A stretch of DNA of 64,000 nucleotides from Bacteroidia bacterium (lineage in GTDB: Bacteria; Bacteroidota; Bacteroidia; J057; JADKCL01): positions 25,970 through 89,969 of the forward strand of contig JBFGVE010000001.1 of the NCBI GenBank assembly GCA_041565275.1, read 5' to 3'. The position numbers and the translations under genes were made by a program. The notes beneath the pieces are model-generated. The model worked only from the letters and a program-made list of their open reading frames with translations. It was not told where the DNA came from and did not search any database. Position 1 is the stretch's first letter. Every line of letters starts with the position of its first letter. Below, piece by piece: positions 1 to 9,404 of this stretch.

Positions 1-979
1 AACCAATAGTTCCCCGGTATTGTCTGGGAGTCATCCCGAACTCTTTTTTAAATGCTTGTGAAAACTTCGAGAGGTTTGAGTAGCCGAGGAGGTGGCCGAC
101 TTCAGATATAGCAAACCCTTTCGATTGAAGCAAGATTTTCGCTTTGGACATCTTAGCCTTCAAGTAATATTGGTAGGGGGGGATACCAAAAACTTGCTTG
201 AATCCGCGCTTCAACTTACTGGCACTCATTCCCGCTTCACGTGCCAACTGGTCAATTGATGGAGGGATGCCGCGAGAACTCAGTTTGAGAGTTGCACTGA
301 TCGTGAATAGTTTCTTTAGATCTTCTGGGTGTAAAGCAGAACTGCCCTCTTTTCTGCGACCAACCTTTTTAAAAATTCCCAAGAGAAATTGCAAAACTTG
401 CAGGTGAACTTCCAGTTTCTTTAAAGCACTTGGCTCCTCGTCAGCAATAATCTCTCGGAGCATAGTTTCCAATCCATAATCTAATTCTTCAAAAACACAG
501 AATTTGGGCGAGCTATTTATGAACTTTGTAAAACCGTCCTCATTTGGGAAAGACCCTACATAATAGTTGAGGAAGTCCTCAGGGAAGGTAATAATTACAA
601 CATCTATTGGCTCATCGGCAGGACTTTCTCCGAAAGCTTCCATGCCGGGAGAATAAAACAGACATCCATCTGGTAAATATTCTCCCAATTCATCAACGTT
701 AACTTCCCCGATCTGCCGGTAGTGCCTCTCGGAAAGGTTGATATTCAGCAGATAAGTTTTGACTTCTTTAAGAATGAGAGAGCGAATAAGGAGTGGTTGG
801 CGGAGCTGAAGATGATAGTGATGGACCAACAAACCGCCCGGCAATGCCATCTGGCGGATAAACCCCCGGCCATATTGCTTGGGAAGCCGCACCATATTTC
901 CCTCTCGCCTCGTACCCAGCTGTTCAGCGACCTGAGTGAGTTGTGGGTTTTTGTGGTCAATTTTCAACGAAAGCTCCAT
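1..979 (-). CDS. AraC family transcriptional regulator (C-terminal end runs off the window at position 1)
   Basis: Absent from the ORF track because there is no stop codon inside the window. My reverse-strand translation from the ATG at 979-977 reads MELSLKIDHKNPQLTQ... It ends ...IPPYQYYLKAKMSKAKILLQSKGFAISEVGHLLGYSNLSKFSQAFKKEFGMTPRQYRGTIG, a typical AraC/XylS double-HTH C-terminus. Confidence 0.85.
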   Translation of the reverse strand, partial: MELSLKIDHKNPQLTQVAEQLGTRREGNMVRLPKQYGRGFIRQMALPGGLLVHHYHLQLRQPLLIRSLILKEVKTYLLNINLSERHYRQIGEVNVDELGEYLPDGCLFYSPGMEAFGESPADEPIDVVIITFPEDFLNYYVGSFPNEDGFTKFINSSPKFCVFEELDYGLETMLREIIADEEPSALKKLEVHLQVLQFLLGIFKKVGRRKEGSSALHPEDLKKLFTISATLKLSSRGIPPSIDQLAREAGMSASKLKRGFKQVFGIPPYQYYLKAKMSKAKILLQSKGFAISEVGHLLGYSNLSKFSQAFKKEFGMTPRQYRGTIG

Positions 980-1106
980 ATTGTACTGTTGTATAATTCA
1001 TCCATCTAACCTGAGAACCCCAAAAATGTTCTATTATTTCAGCTAGATATTCAACAAAATTAGAGTGGTGAGGTTTCTAACACTGGGAACTATAAAAAAT
1101 TTACTC

Positions 1107-2441
1107 ATGCATTCATTATTCTGGTTCCGAAGAGACCTACGGCTGAAAGATAACGCAGGACTCTACCATGCCCTGAATTCTGGAAACCCGGTAATACCAT
1201 TGTTTATTTTTGATTGCAAAATATTAGACCACCTCCCTGATCGAAACGATGCCAGGGTGACATACATTTTTGATTCTATCGGAGAGTTGCGGAATCAACT
1301 GGAGGCGCTTGGCAGTACCTTGTTGATAGAATATGGAGACCCGGTCGAGGTCTTCAAAACACTCTTGACCAAATATCAGATCGGTTGCGTATTTACCAAT
1401 CGGGATTATGAACCCTCAGCCGTTCAGCGAGATGCACAGGTTGCTTCCCTGTTGGAGGATAACGGTATCTCCTTTCAAGATTTCAAAGACCACGTAATTT
1501 TTGACGGTGATGAAGTAGTAAAAGCGGATGGAACACCCTATACTGTTTTCACCCCTTACAGCAGAAAATGGAAAAAACGCCTTGAATCTGACTTGAGAGA
1601 AGGTGGAGAAGGCCCATTATCATATTTCCTCAAAGGATATCCCACAGAAAAATATTGGAGTAGCTTTGCCCAGTTGCAACCTTCTTCAGGACCCACACTT
1701 GAAGATATAGGCTTCGTAAGGTCTGAAATCCAAATTCCCACCAGAGAAGTTAGCCAAAAGCTTATTCGGGAATACAAAGACAACAGGAATTTTCCGGCAA
1801 TTCGAGGAACTTCGCGTCTAGGGATCCATTTCCGCTTTGGAACGATTAGCATCCGGGAAAAGGCAGTGAAAGCTCAGAAGTTGAGTATAACATATTTGAA
1901 CGAACTGATTTGGCGAGATTTCTATTCTCAGATCCTGAGTCATTTCCCACATGTTGCTGAGCATCCCTTTCGGAGCAAATATGAACACGTTCAATGGCGA
2001 AATAACGAAGTGGAGTTCAGGCGGTGGTGTGGCGGAACGACTGGTTACCCCATCGTAGATGCTGGAATGCGAGAACTGAATGCAACTGGGTTCATGCATA
2101 ACCGGGTCCGCATGATTACCGCAAGTTTCCTGACCAAACACCTACTCATCGACTGGAGATGGGGAGAAGCTTATTTTGCCCGTAAGTTACTCGACTTTGA
2201 CCTGGCAAGTAACAACGGAGGATGGCAGTGGGCCGCAGGGACGGGAACAGACGCAGCACCATATTTTCGAATCTTTAATCCTTATTCGCAACAAAGAAAA
2301 TTTGACAAAGAGATGAAATATGTCCAAAAGTGGGTTCCCGAATATGGTACTTCTGCCTACCCGGAACCTATAGTCGAACACTCATTTGCCCGGCAACGGT
2401 GTCTTGAGACCTATAAGTTAGGATTAGCCAGGGCAGATTAA
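1107..2441 (+). CDS. phr: deoxyribodipyrimidine photolyase (cryptochrome/photolyase family)
   Basis: The track ORF 1065..2441 starts at a GTG. The ATG at 1107 gives the canonical N-terminus MHSLFWFRRDLRLKDN. The FAD-binding signature is present: TGYPIVDAGMRELNATGFMHNRVRMITASFL...DLASNNGGWQWAAGTGTDAAPYFRIFNP. Confidence 0.93.
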   Translation: MHSLFWFRRDLRLKDNAGLYHALNSGNPVIPLFIFDCKILDHLPDRNDARVTYIFDSIGELRNQLEALGSTLLIEYGDPVEVFKTLLTKYQIGCVFTNRDYEPSAVQRDAQVASLLEDNGISFQDFKDHVIFDGDEVVKADGTPYTVFTPYSRKWKKRLESDLREGGEGPLSYFLKGYPTEKYWSSFAQLQPSSGPTLEDIGFVRSEIQIPTREVSQKLIREYKDNRNFPAIRGTSRLGIHFRFGTISIREKAVKAQKLSITYLNELIWRDFYSQILSHFPHVAEHPFRSKYEHVQWRNNEVEFRRWCGGTTGYPIVDAGMRELNATGFMHNRVRMITASFLTKHLLIDWRWGEAYFARKLLDFDLASNNGGWQWAAGTGTDAAPYFRIFNPYSQQRKFDKEMKYVQKWVPEYGTSAYPEPIVEHSFARQRCLETYKLGLARAD

Positions 2442-2450
2442 ACTAACCCA

Positions 2451-3407
2451 TCACCACTTAACAAACCTCAATCCAAGGTTAAAGACGGTTGCCGGACCAG
2501 CAGAGCCTCTACCAGCAAGGAACCTCCCAACGCTCAATTCTAGATCAAAATTCTGATTAAACTGGTATTTTCCTCCGAGTCCTGCCTGCCACCACCAGGT
2601 AGAAACAACACCTTCCCCTAAAGTCGGCCAGAATTGGCTGTTGGTGTAGAAAGTAATCTTGGAAGTAGGGAAATAACTGAGGAATAAGGTGGCAGGAATA
2701 GCAATAAAACCACTTTGCAGAAGGTCAAAGCGCCTGTCAATGTTCCAGTAGAAGTCAACCTCAGCGAATAGTTGGAGCTTGGCAGAAAGATTATTGGTAT
2801 AGAAAACTTGGGTCCACCACAGGTAATTCTTTGTAGCGAGATAGGGCACAATGATTTGACCGTCTACATACTCACCTTCAGAATTTTTGGCAATAGGCAA
2901 GAGAAATGAACTCTGCACAGTGAAGTTGTTCAGACTGGAAATGGGTTGCCACTTCACTTTAGGACCTATTGCGGTCAATGCTGTCCGTCCCCACGGCCCA
3001 CGATTTCCGGAAAATAGATTGAATGGAGAACCAATTGTTGAATCAAGATACACGGACTGCACCCAAAAATCGACTCCGAAGTTGAGATGGCTGTTGTAAC
3101 CTAAAACAAAGTTCCCGATTCCTGAGTAGTAATTGCTTCGGTATTTTTCATCAACTGCATCCCCATTGACATCAAAAAAGGCCTTTTGAGTGTACAATTG
3201 CTGGAAGAATTTGGCTTCGAACTGTCCCCACTGGAGCATTGAAGAAGGTGTAAAAAGCTGGAGACGGTTGCCCTTCGGCTCCACACTTCTTTCAGCTTCG
3301 TAGTCTGAAACTCCCTCTGAGGCCAGGATTTCGTTGGCCGATCCCTCAGGATCTTCTTGCGGTATTTGGCTGGTCTGCCCCCGGGCCAAAGCTTTATCCT
3401 TGGTCAC
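2451..3407 (-). CDS. outer-membrane beta-barrel-like protein, no signal peptide at the called start
   Basis: 318-aa ORF starting at a GTG. It shows an alternating aromatic/hydrophobic strand pattern and ends ...FNLGLRFVKW. The N-terminal ~60 aa are acidic and low-complexity with no leader. The reading frame stays open upstream to 3596 (see finding). Confidence 0.6.
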   Translation of the reverse strand: MTKDKALARGQTSQIPQEDPEGSANEILASEGVSDYEAERSVEPKGNRLQLFTPSSMLQWGQFEAKFFQQLYTQKAFFDVNGDAVDEKYRSNYYSGIGNFVLGYNSHLNFGVDFWVQSVYLDSTIGSPFNLFSGNRGPWGRTALTAIGPKVKWQPISSLNNFTVQSSFLLPIAKNSEGEYVDGQIIVPYLATKNYLWWTQVFYTNNLSAKLQLFAEVDFYWNIDRRFDLLQSGFIAIPATLFLSYFPTSKITFYTNSQFWPTLGEGVVSTWWWQAGLGGKYQFNQNFDLELSVGRFLAGRGSAGPATVFNLGLRFVKW

Positions 3408-3553
3408 TTCAACTTGGTCGTTACTTTTAGCAGCTACCTCTTCAATGGTGGATGACCCGATCTTCTCAGAAACAAGTGGATCAGATGAATTAACTTTTTC
3501 TGTGGTCCAAGACCCTGAACCGGGAGCTGGTGTATTCGGAGGTTCTGGCTTAT

Positions 3554-4282
3554 CTACTTTTTTTTTTCGTTCAACGCCCAGTCGTAGGTATAGAAGCTAA
3601 GCTTATAGTTCTCTGGGATGGGGGTAGAACGGTATTTATTGATGTAAGTGACAAAATTCCTGGCTTCGGCTTTGAAGTCATCGGCATACCATTCAAATAT
3701 TTGAGAGATCCGAACCGTCCTGTTTTCATCATTTACCTTGATAAAGCTCCTATTGTCCATGGCCTCTTGGGTACGCACACTCAATTGAGTTTCTAACTTA
3801 GAAGGCATAAAAGCGTAGTTGGCAATGGAAGGACAGCTCTTGGCAGCGCACACTAAAACAAAATGGGTCCGGGCATCCTTGTAAACCGGGCGAATTTTCT
3901 TGTTTTCAATATCGGACAGGGTCAGGGACATCCCCCCAACATCAAACTTTTTCTGATCAAAGAAACCAGGGACATCCAGCGGTTTGGTGATCGGATAATG
4001 ATCAACTACATTTTTGATCACAAGAATATTGTAGGCATTTATCAAGAAGGCTTTGTTGGTGTTATTACTTTGAGAACTGAACCGATAGCTGGCGATGTCA
4101 TCGACCAGGGAGTTCAGGGCAGTTGGGTCGGCTTTGACAGATGCGTAGTAGACACCTCCTGAGGAAGAAACATTAGCTTTGAAGAAGGCGTCCGCCTTGG
4201 TAAAAAAGGATTCTCCTCCGTTTCCGAAAACAGCGGTAGTCGAGAAGATGCCTATAAAAGCCAGTAAAAAAAGATTCTTCAT
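3554..4282 (-). CDS. DUF547 domain-containing protein, secreted
   Basis: Signal peptide MKNLFLLAFIGIFSTTAVFG. DUF547-like core AFLINAYNILVIKNVV...THFVLVCAAKSCPSI...ISQIFEWYADDF. The gene ends ...NEKKK-TAG inside an A10 tract. Confidence 0.75.
   Translation of the reverse strand: MKNLFLLAFIGIFSTTAVFGNGGESFFTKADAFFKANVSSSGGVYYASVKADPTALNSLVDDIASYRFSSQSNNTNKAFLINAYNILVIKNVVDHYPITKPLDVPGFFDQKKFDVGGMSLTLSDIENKKIRPVYKDARTHFVLVCAAKSCPSIANYAFMPSKLETQLSVRTQEAMDNRSFIKVNDENRTVRISQIFEWYADDFKAEARNFVTYINKYRSTPIPENYKLSFYTYDWALNEKKK
3558..3567 (-). repeat. homopolymer A10 (T10 on the + strand) at the DUF547 stop codon
   Basis: Direct reading: 3558-3567 are ten T. The minus strand reads GAA AAA AAA AAG TAG. 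Confidence 0.95.
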
Positions 4283-4476
4283 TTCATTTTTTAGGTTTCA
4301 CTGATGAGCGGATTTACAATAGCCAATATAAGACCCAGTAGCTCTGCAACCAAATTCGGGCCGGAATCAGAAGGTCAGCCAATGATTTATAAATAATTCG
4401 GGGCCGAATTTCGAAAACCCAAGATAATTCTACATCTTAGTTAACCTGTTGAGGATTTTTACCCCTGAAGAGGATC

Positions 4477-4929
4477 ATGAAACACGGAATAATTTTCTTT
4501 TTGTTATTCTCCTGCTTTGTTTTAGGCACCAAAGCTCAGTACACAGCTGAGCAGAAAGTTATTATAGAAAATCAGTGCCGGGAGAGGCTGAGTCAATTGA
4601 TGGATTTGGTAGAAAGGAAGCATTACGAAGGTTTTGGGAAAATGATGGTCTACACAGGCGGTGACCCTGACCGGGATTACCAGGACAAGCTCAATTTATC
4701 GGATCCGCATGAAGACGTCTTCGCAGAACTCTCTTTGAATAAGTTAGCTCACCACCTGGAAAGGTCTGCACTGTGGCATGCTGATAATTTCAAGATTGTA
4801 AAGGGAGTTAAAGGAGATGTGTACATTTTAGACATAAAATTCAACTACCCAAACGGAAAGACCAAGAATTACACAATGACCTTTGCAAAGTTGAGGAATG
4901 ATATACTTTTTTGTCATGCTAAGAAATAA
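4477..4929 (+). CDS. hypothetical secreted protein
   Basis: 150-aa ORF with signal peptide MKHGIIFFLLFSCFVLGTKAQ. I recognise no family. Confidence 0.55.
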   Translation: MKHGIIFFLLFSCFVLGTKAQYTAEQKVIIENQCRERLSQLMDLVERKHYEGFGKMMVYTGGDPDRDYQDKLNLSDPHEDVFAELSLNKLAHHLERSALWHADNFKIVKGVKGDVYILDIKFNYPNGKTKNYTMTFAKLRNDILFCHAKK

Positions 4930-4956
4930 TTTCAGATTGAGAGGTTTGTGGTTAGG

Positions 4957-5418
4957 TCAATCCTTGAAATAGTCTCGCGCTTTGTCCAAAAGTTTATTTA
5001 TTTGATCAGCTTCTTCATCGGCCAGTCCGGCAAAGACATCGTCAAATCCAGAAACGGCTGGGTCCATTTCCTTCAACAAAGCAAGACCCTTTTCCGTGAT
5101 GATCACGTCCATTTTTCTCCGATCTTCCAGGTTGATCGTCCTAGAAACCAGACTTTTGGCCTCTAACCGGTCTATCAGGCGAGAGACATCGGGTTGTTTA
5201 TCCAACATCCTTTGCTTCAGGAGTTGAATTGTACAAGGTTTTGGATTGCTTCCCCTCAATATCCTGAGAATATTGTACTGCTGGTTGGTAACCCCGTGCC
5301 TCTTGAAGATAACTTGCATTTGAGAGGTCATCCAATTGTGGGTGTACAGAAGGTTAACGATAAGCCGGTGCTTGGAACTTTTGAATTTCGAAACCCTAAG
5401 TTCTTCTTCCAGACTCAT
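4957..5418 (-). CDS. MarR family transcriptional regulator
   Basis: 153 aa with a winged-helix region: HGVTNQQYNILRILRG...VSRLIDRLEAKSLVSRTINLEDRRKMDVIITEKG. Its start overlaps the pirin stop (ATGA at 5415-5418). Confidence 0.85.
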   Translation of the reverse strand: MSLEEELRVSKFKSSKHRLIVNLLYTHNWMTSQMQVIFKRHGVTNQQYNILRILRGSNPKPCTIQLLKQRMLDKQPDVSRLIDRLEAKSLVSRTINLEDRRKMDVIITEKGLALLKEMDPAVSGFDDVFAGLADEEADQINKLLDKARDYFKD

Positions 5419-6158
5419 GATGAAAGTTGAAGTTGATCGGTATAGGTGCGATATCCGGCTTCCTGAGGGGTATTGACGGCAAAAACAGATCCTGGTCCAT
5501 CAGACGAAAACTGAATATTGCCGGATCCATTTACCTGAAAATAATCTCCCACCCCGAGCTTTTCCTCATCGACAGTAACGGTTCCAGAGATTACTACGAA
5601 GGAGAGGATCGTTCCACTTGCTATTTCAAGAGAGAATTGGCCAGCTTCAAAGTCAAAACGGTCTAGTTGGACTTTGGTAGCAGTCCACAAGGGAGCATCA
5701 TCGCTACAAAAATCAACCCGCTTCATGCCATTGAAGTCTTCAATCTCAAAATCTTCGGCTTCATATACATTGAAAACAGATGGCCGCTGTAAACTACGGC
5801 GAAAATCCGGATCAAGCCAAACCTGTAAAACCTTGGTTTCTGGTGCGTATCGTTCTGAATGTGTCAATCCATTTCCGGATTTAAGAACAGAAATATCCCC
5901 TTTCGAGAGTTTTACCCACTCTCCACCCTCTTCTCTTTCTTGCTCAACTTCTCCCTGAATGACATAGGTCAGGATTTCAAACCCTTTGTGAACATGAGGT
6001 TCAACTAAGCCCCCTTTTAGGCTAACGATAAAGGACCACTGGTATACAGTGGAATAACCCTTCGCAGGCGATTCATAGGAAACAGCCTTTCGCTCTTTGA
6101 CCTTACTTTCGTCGTAATAGGTCCTGGCTTGATCTTTAAATCTACTTATAATGGGCAT
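5415..6158 (-). CDS. pirin family (bicupin) protein
   Basis: 247 aa. The cupin metal-site region HVHKGFEILTYVIQGEVEQE...GLTHSE...LQVWLDP resembles the pirin signature HxHxGFExxTYxxxGxxxHxD. Confidence 0.75.
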   Translation of the reverse strand: MPIISRFKDQARTYYDESKVKERKAVSYESPAKGYSTVYQWSFIVSLKGGLVEPHVHKGFEILTYVIQGEVEQEREEGGEWVKLSKGDISVLKSGNGLTHSERYAPETKVLQVWLDPDFRRSLQRPSVFNVYEAEDFEIEDFNGMKRVDFCSDDAPLWTATKVQLDRFDFEAGQFSLEIASGTILSFVVISGTVTVDEEKLGVGDYFQVNGSGNIQFSSDGPGSVFAVNTPQEAGYRTYTDQLQLSS

Positions 6159-6389
6159 GCTGTGAATAAGTCTTATTAATCGCTATGATATCCGTCAATT
6201 TTTCCGACTTCCAGGTTCAGGAAATGTTTGCAAATATACGCTTACTAGCTCTTTTCTGCAATAAAACAGGTAATATGTTTATTGTTAAACCCTCATTATG
6301 TGGCATTTACAGATATATGTAACTAGTAAAAGACCTCTATAAATCCAATAAGTGTATAAGTGATACGTCCCCTTATCATGCAGTTTAAT

Positions 6390-8456
6390 TTAGTTAACCG
6401 AAGCTCCGTTTTGTATGGAATTCTCTGGATTCACCAAGTAAAGTTTTCCGTCGAGGTCTTCTGCAAACAAAATCATCCCCCTTGATTCAACTCCTCTTAT
6501 CTTTCGAGGCTTTAGATTCACAAGTACCAATACCTGCTTGCGTAGGAGTTCTTCCGGGGTATAGTGTTTGGCCACTCCCGACACGATGGTTCGCCGGTCG
6601 ATCCCGGTATCCACCAGAAGCTTCAGTAACTTATCTGTCTTCTTCATAGGTTCTGCCTCCAAGATCGTACCTACGCGAATATCCATACTCTGAAAATCAT
6701 CAAAGGAGGTTTCCGGTTTTGAAGGCTCCACCACTACCTTTTCTACTTCTGAGGATGCTGGTTCCCCGGGACCGTCACTGTTCAATTTCTCAATCTCATG
6801 TTCGATCATCTTGGGGTCAATCTTCTGGAATAAATGCGGAATATTCTTCAATGAATGTCCCTCGAAAACGAAATCCAATTCTTTCAGATCTTTCCAACTC
6901 AGTGGGGTAATCTGAAGCATATCGAATATCTTGGCAGATGTCGAGGGCATAAATGGTTCCGCGACGACACCCAAGACTGCTGCAATATTCAAACCGATAT
7001 TTAAAACATGACCTGCAGCAGCTATGTCTGTCTTGATCAGCTTCCAGGGCTCCGTGTCACTGAGGTACTTGTCTCCCAGGCGAGCGATTTTCATCATATC
7101 GTTCAGTGCTTCACGAAAACGAAAATTGGAGATATTATATCCCGCAGCATTAACATTGGCGTAGAGGTCGTTCACCAAAGTACGCTCAGTTTCATTCAAT
7201 GTGTTGCGTGCCGGAACTCCCTTAAAATGCTTTAGGGTGAGTACTTTGACCCGGTTGATAAAGTTGGCGAAAGTAGCTACTAACTCATTGTCATTGCGAG
7301 CTTTAAAATCGGCCCAGGTGAATTCTGAATCTTTGGTTTCAGGCATGATCCCAGTCAAGACATAACGAAGGGCGTCAATATGATCCGGGTATTCCGCAGC
7401 GAATTCATGCATCCAGATGGCCCAGTTTTTGGAAGTTGATATTTTCCGGCCTTCAAGGTTGAGAAATTCATTGGCCGGTACATTGGTGGGGAGGATATAG
7501 TCTCCATGTCCCTTGAGGATAGCTGGGAAAATGATGCAATGGAATACAATATTGTCTTTGCCGATGAAGTGGTAAAGGGCCGTTTCTTCATCCTGCCAGT
7601 AGAGTTTCCAGTCTTTTCCATTTGTCTTTGCCCATTCTTTGGTCGCTGAGATATAACCGATCGGAGCATCAAACCATACGTAAAGGACCTTTCCTTCGCC
7701 TTCTGGCAGGGGAACCTTAACCCCCCAATCCAGATCCCTGGTGATCGATCGAGGTTGAAGTCCGTCCTGCAACCAAGATCTGCATTGGCCATAGACATTG
7801 ATTTTCCATTCCTGGTGGTCTTCCAGGATAAATTCTTCGAGAAATTCCTGGTACTCGTTCAAAGGAAGGAACCAATGAGTCGTCTCTTTCGTTACCGGAA
7901 CCGATCCGGAAATCTTGGAACGTGGATCGATCAGTTCTTCCGGGCTGAGATCTTTCCCGCAGTTCTCGCATTGATGACCATAAGCTTCTTCGTGACCACA
8001 GTTGGGACAGGTTCCGATCACAAAGCGATCTGCGAGGAACATTTTCTGCTCCTCATCGTACATCTGCTGCGTTTCCCTTTGGATAAGACTGCCTTCATTA
8101 TGGAATTTCAGGAAAAATTCCTGGGCTGTTTGATGGTGGATGGGACGTGAAGTTCTGGAAAAATGGTCAAAGGAAATATTGAAGGCGGTGAAAGCATCTC
8201 TGATCATTTCATAGTATTTATCGACGATCTTCTGAGGTGAGACACCTTCTTCAACCGCTTTGATATTAATGGCCGTACCATGTTCGTCGGTACCACATAT
8301 AAAAGCAACGTCTTCCCCCATAGAGCGCAAGTAGCGAACGTAAATATCTGCAGGTAAGTAGGCTCCTGCCAAGTGGCCGATATGGATGGGGCCGTTGGCA
8401 TAGGGTAGCGCCGATGTGACCATACGGCGTTTGATGGTTTTCTGTTCCTGACTCAT
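6390..8456 (-). CDS. metG: methionine--tRNA ligase
   Basis: Track ORF 6390..8492. The ATG at 8456 gives MSQEQKTIKRRMVTSALPYANGPIHIGHL (HIGH motif). Zinc knuckles CPNCGHEEAYGHQCENCG are present. The C-terminal tRNA-binding domain reads DIRVGTILEAEPMKKTDKLLKLLVDTG. Confidence 0.97.
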   Translation of the reverse strand: MSQEQKTIKRRMVTSALPYANGPIHIGHLAGAYLPADIYVRYLRSMGEDVAFICGTDEHGTAINIKAVEEGVSPQKIVDKYYEMIRDAFTAFNISFDHFSRTSRPIHHQTAQEFFLKFHNEGSLIQRETQQMYDEEQKMFLADRFVIGTCPNCGHEEAYGHQCENCGKDLSPEELIDPRSKISGSVPVTKETTHWFLPLNEYQEFLEEFILEDHQEWKINVYGQCRSWLQDGLQPRSITRDLDWGVKVPLPEGEGKVLYVWFDAPIGYISATKEWAKTNGKDWKLYWQDEETALYHFIGKDNIVFHCIIFPAILKGHGDYILPTNVPANEFLNLEGRKISTSKNWAIWMHEFAAEYPDHIDALRYVLTGIMPETKDSEFTWADFKARNDNELVATFANFINRVKVLTLKHFKGVPARNTLNETERTLVNDLYANVNAAGYNISNFRFREALNDMMKIARLGDKYLSDTEPWKLIKTDIAAAGHVLNIGLNIAAVLGVVAEPFMPSTSAKIFDMLQITPLSWKDLKELDFVFEGHSLKNIPHLFQKIDPKMIEHEIEKLNSDGPGEPASSEVEKVVVEPSKPETSFDDFQSMDIRVGTILEAEPMKKTDKLLKLLVDTGIDRRTIVSGVAKHYTPEELLRKQVLVLVNLKPRKIRGVESRGMILFAEDLDGKLYLVNPENSIQNGASVN

Positions 8457-8554
8457 GGCTGCAAAGATATCTTTATTCGTGTAAATGTGCATAAATCATG
8501 CTTTTTCAACAGAGTATAAGGTGTCATTTTTGACCTGTCGTCAAGGCCCCGAAT

Positions 8555-9316
8555 ATGGCTTTCGCAATAGAACAAGATACATACCGCATTCACCTGCCCG
8601 TCTTTGAGGGTCCTTTTGATCTCTTGCTGTTTTTTATCGAACGGGATGAATTGGATATCTGCGACATTCCCATCGCTTCCATCACCCAGGACTTCCTTGA
8701 TTATATTACCCATCTGGAGAGGATGAACATCGAAGTCGCCAGCGAATTTATTCTCGTGGCCAGTACCTTGATGCACATCAAGGCGAAGATGCTCATTCCC
8801 AGACCAGACCTTGATGAAAGTGGGGAAGAGGTCGATCCACGTATGGAACTGGTGCAGCGCCTGATCGAGTACAAGAAGTACAAAGCAGTGCAGGAAGACC
8901 TGCAAAGAATGGAAGAAGAGGCAGGAGAATATTTTAAACGAACCTTTGCAAGAAAAGAAGAGAAGCTTTTCCTAGAGTCAGAGTACCCGGAAGATGAATT
9001 GATAGGGATCGATCTCTATTCAATCATGCGGACTTTCAAGCGTATCTGGGAAAAGCGCGAAGACCGCATGGCTCGGCCCAAACACGTCATTAGAAAATAT
9101 CCTTACACTGTTGAAGGTTGTAAAGAAACCATCTTGAAGTCTTTGGAGAAAAGAGCCAGGATTGACTTCGTTTCTTTTATTATGGACCAACCTACCAAAC
9201 TCTATTGTGTATTTAATTTTCTTTCTGTCCTCGAACTGGCCCAGCAACAAAAGATCAACCTGATCATTGGGAAAGGCTTCAATAACTTTTGGATGACCAG
9301 ACTGGACTGTGAATGA
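8555..9316 (+). CDS. scpA: segregation and condensation protein A
   Basis: 253 aa with an N-terminus typical of ScpA: FEGPFDLLLFFIERDELDICDIPIASITQDFLDY. Confidence 0.9.
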   Translation: MAFAIEQDTYRIHLPVFEGPFDLLLFFIERDELDICDIPIASITQDFLDYITHLERMNIEVASEFILVASTLMHIKAKMLIPRPDLDESGEEVDPRMELVQRLIEYKKYKAVQEDLQRMEEEAGEYFKRTFARKEEKLFLESEYPEDELIGIDLYSIMRTFKRIWEKREDRMARPKHVIRKYPYTVEGCKETILKSLEKRARIDFVSFIMDQPTKLYCVFNFLSVLELAQQQKINLIIGKGFNNFWMTRLDCE

Positions 9317-9404
9317 AAGCTTCATCACAAGTCCTGACAATCCCTGGGGTTTTGCGCTACCAGAAAACTCTAATAGTGCTATTGCTTTTCTGCAATTGAT
9401 CAGT

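Noticed and set aside
8453-8905. 150-aa minus-strand ORF spanning the metG/scpA intergenic region and the scpA 5' end
   Set aside because: It is antisense to scpA, whose product has the canonical ScpA N-terminus, and it has no recognisable motifs.
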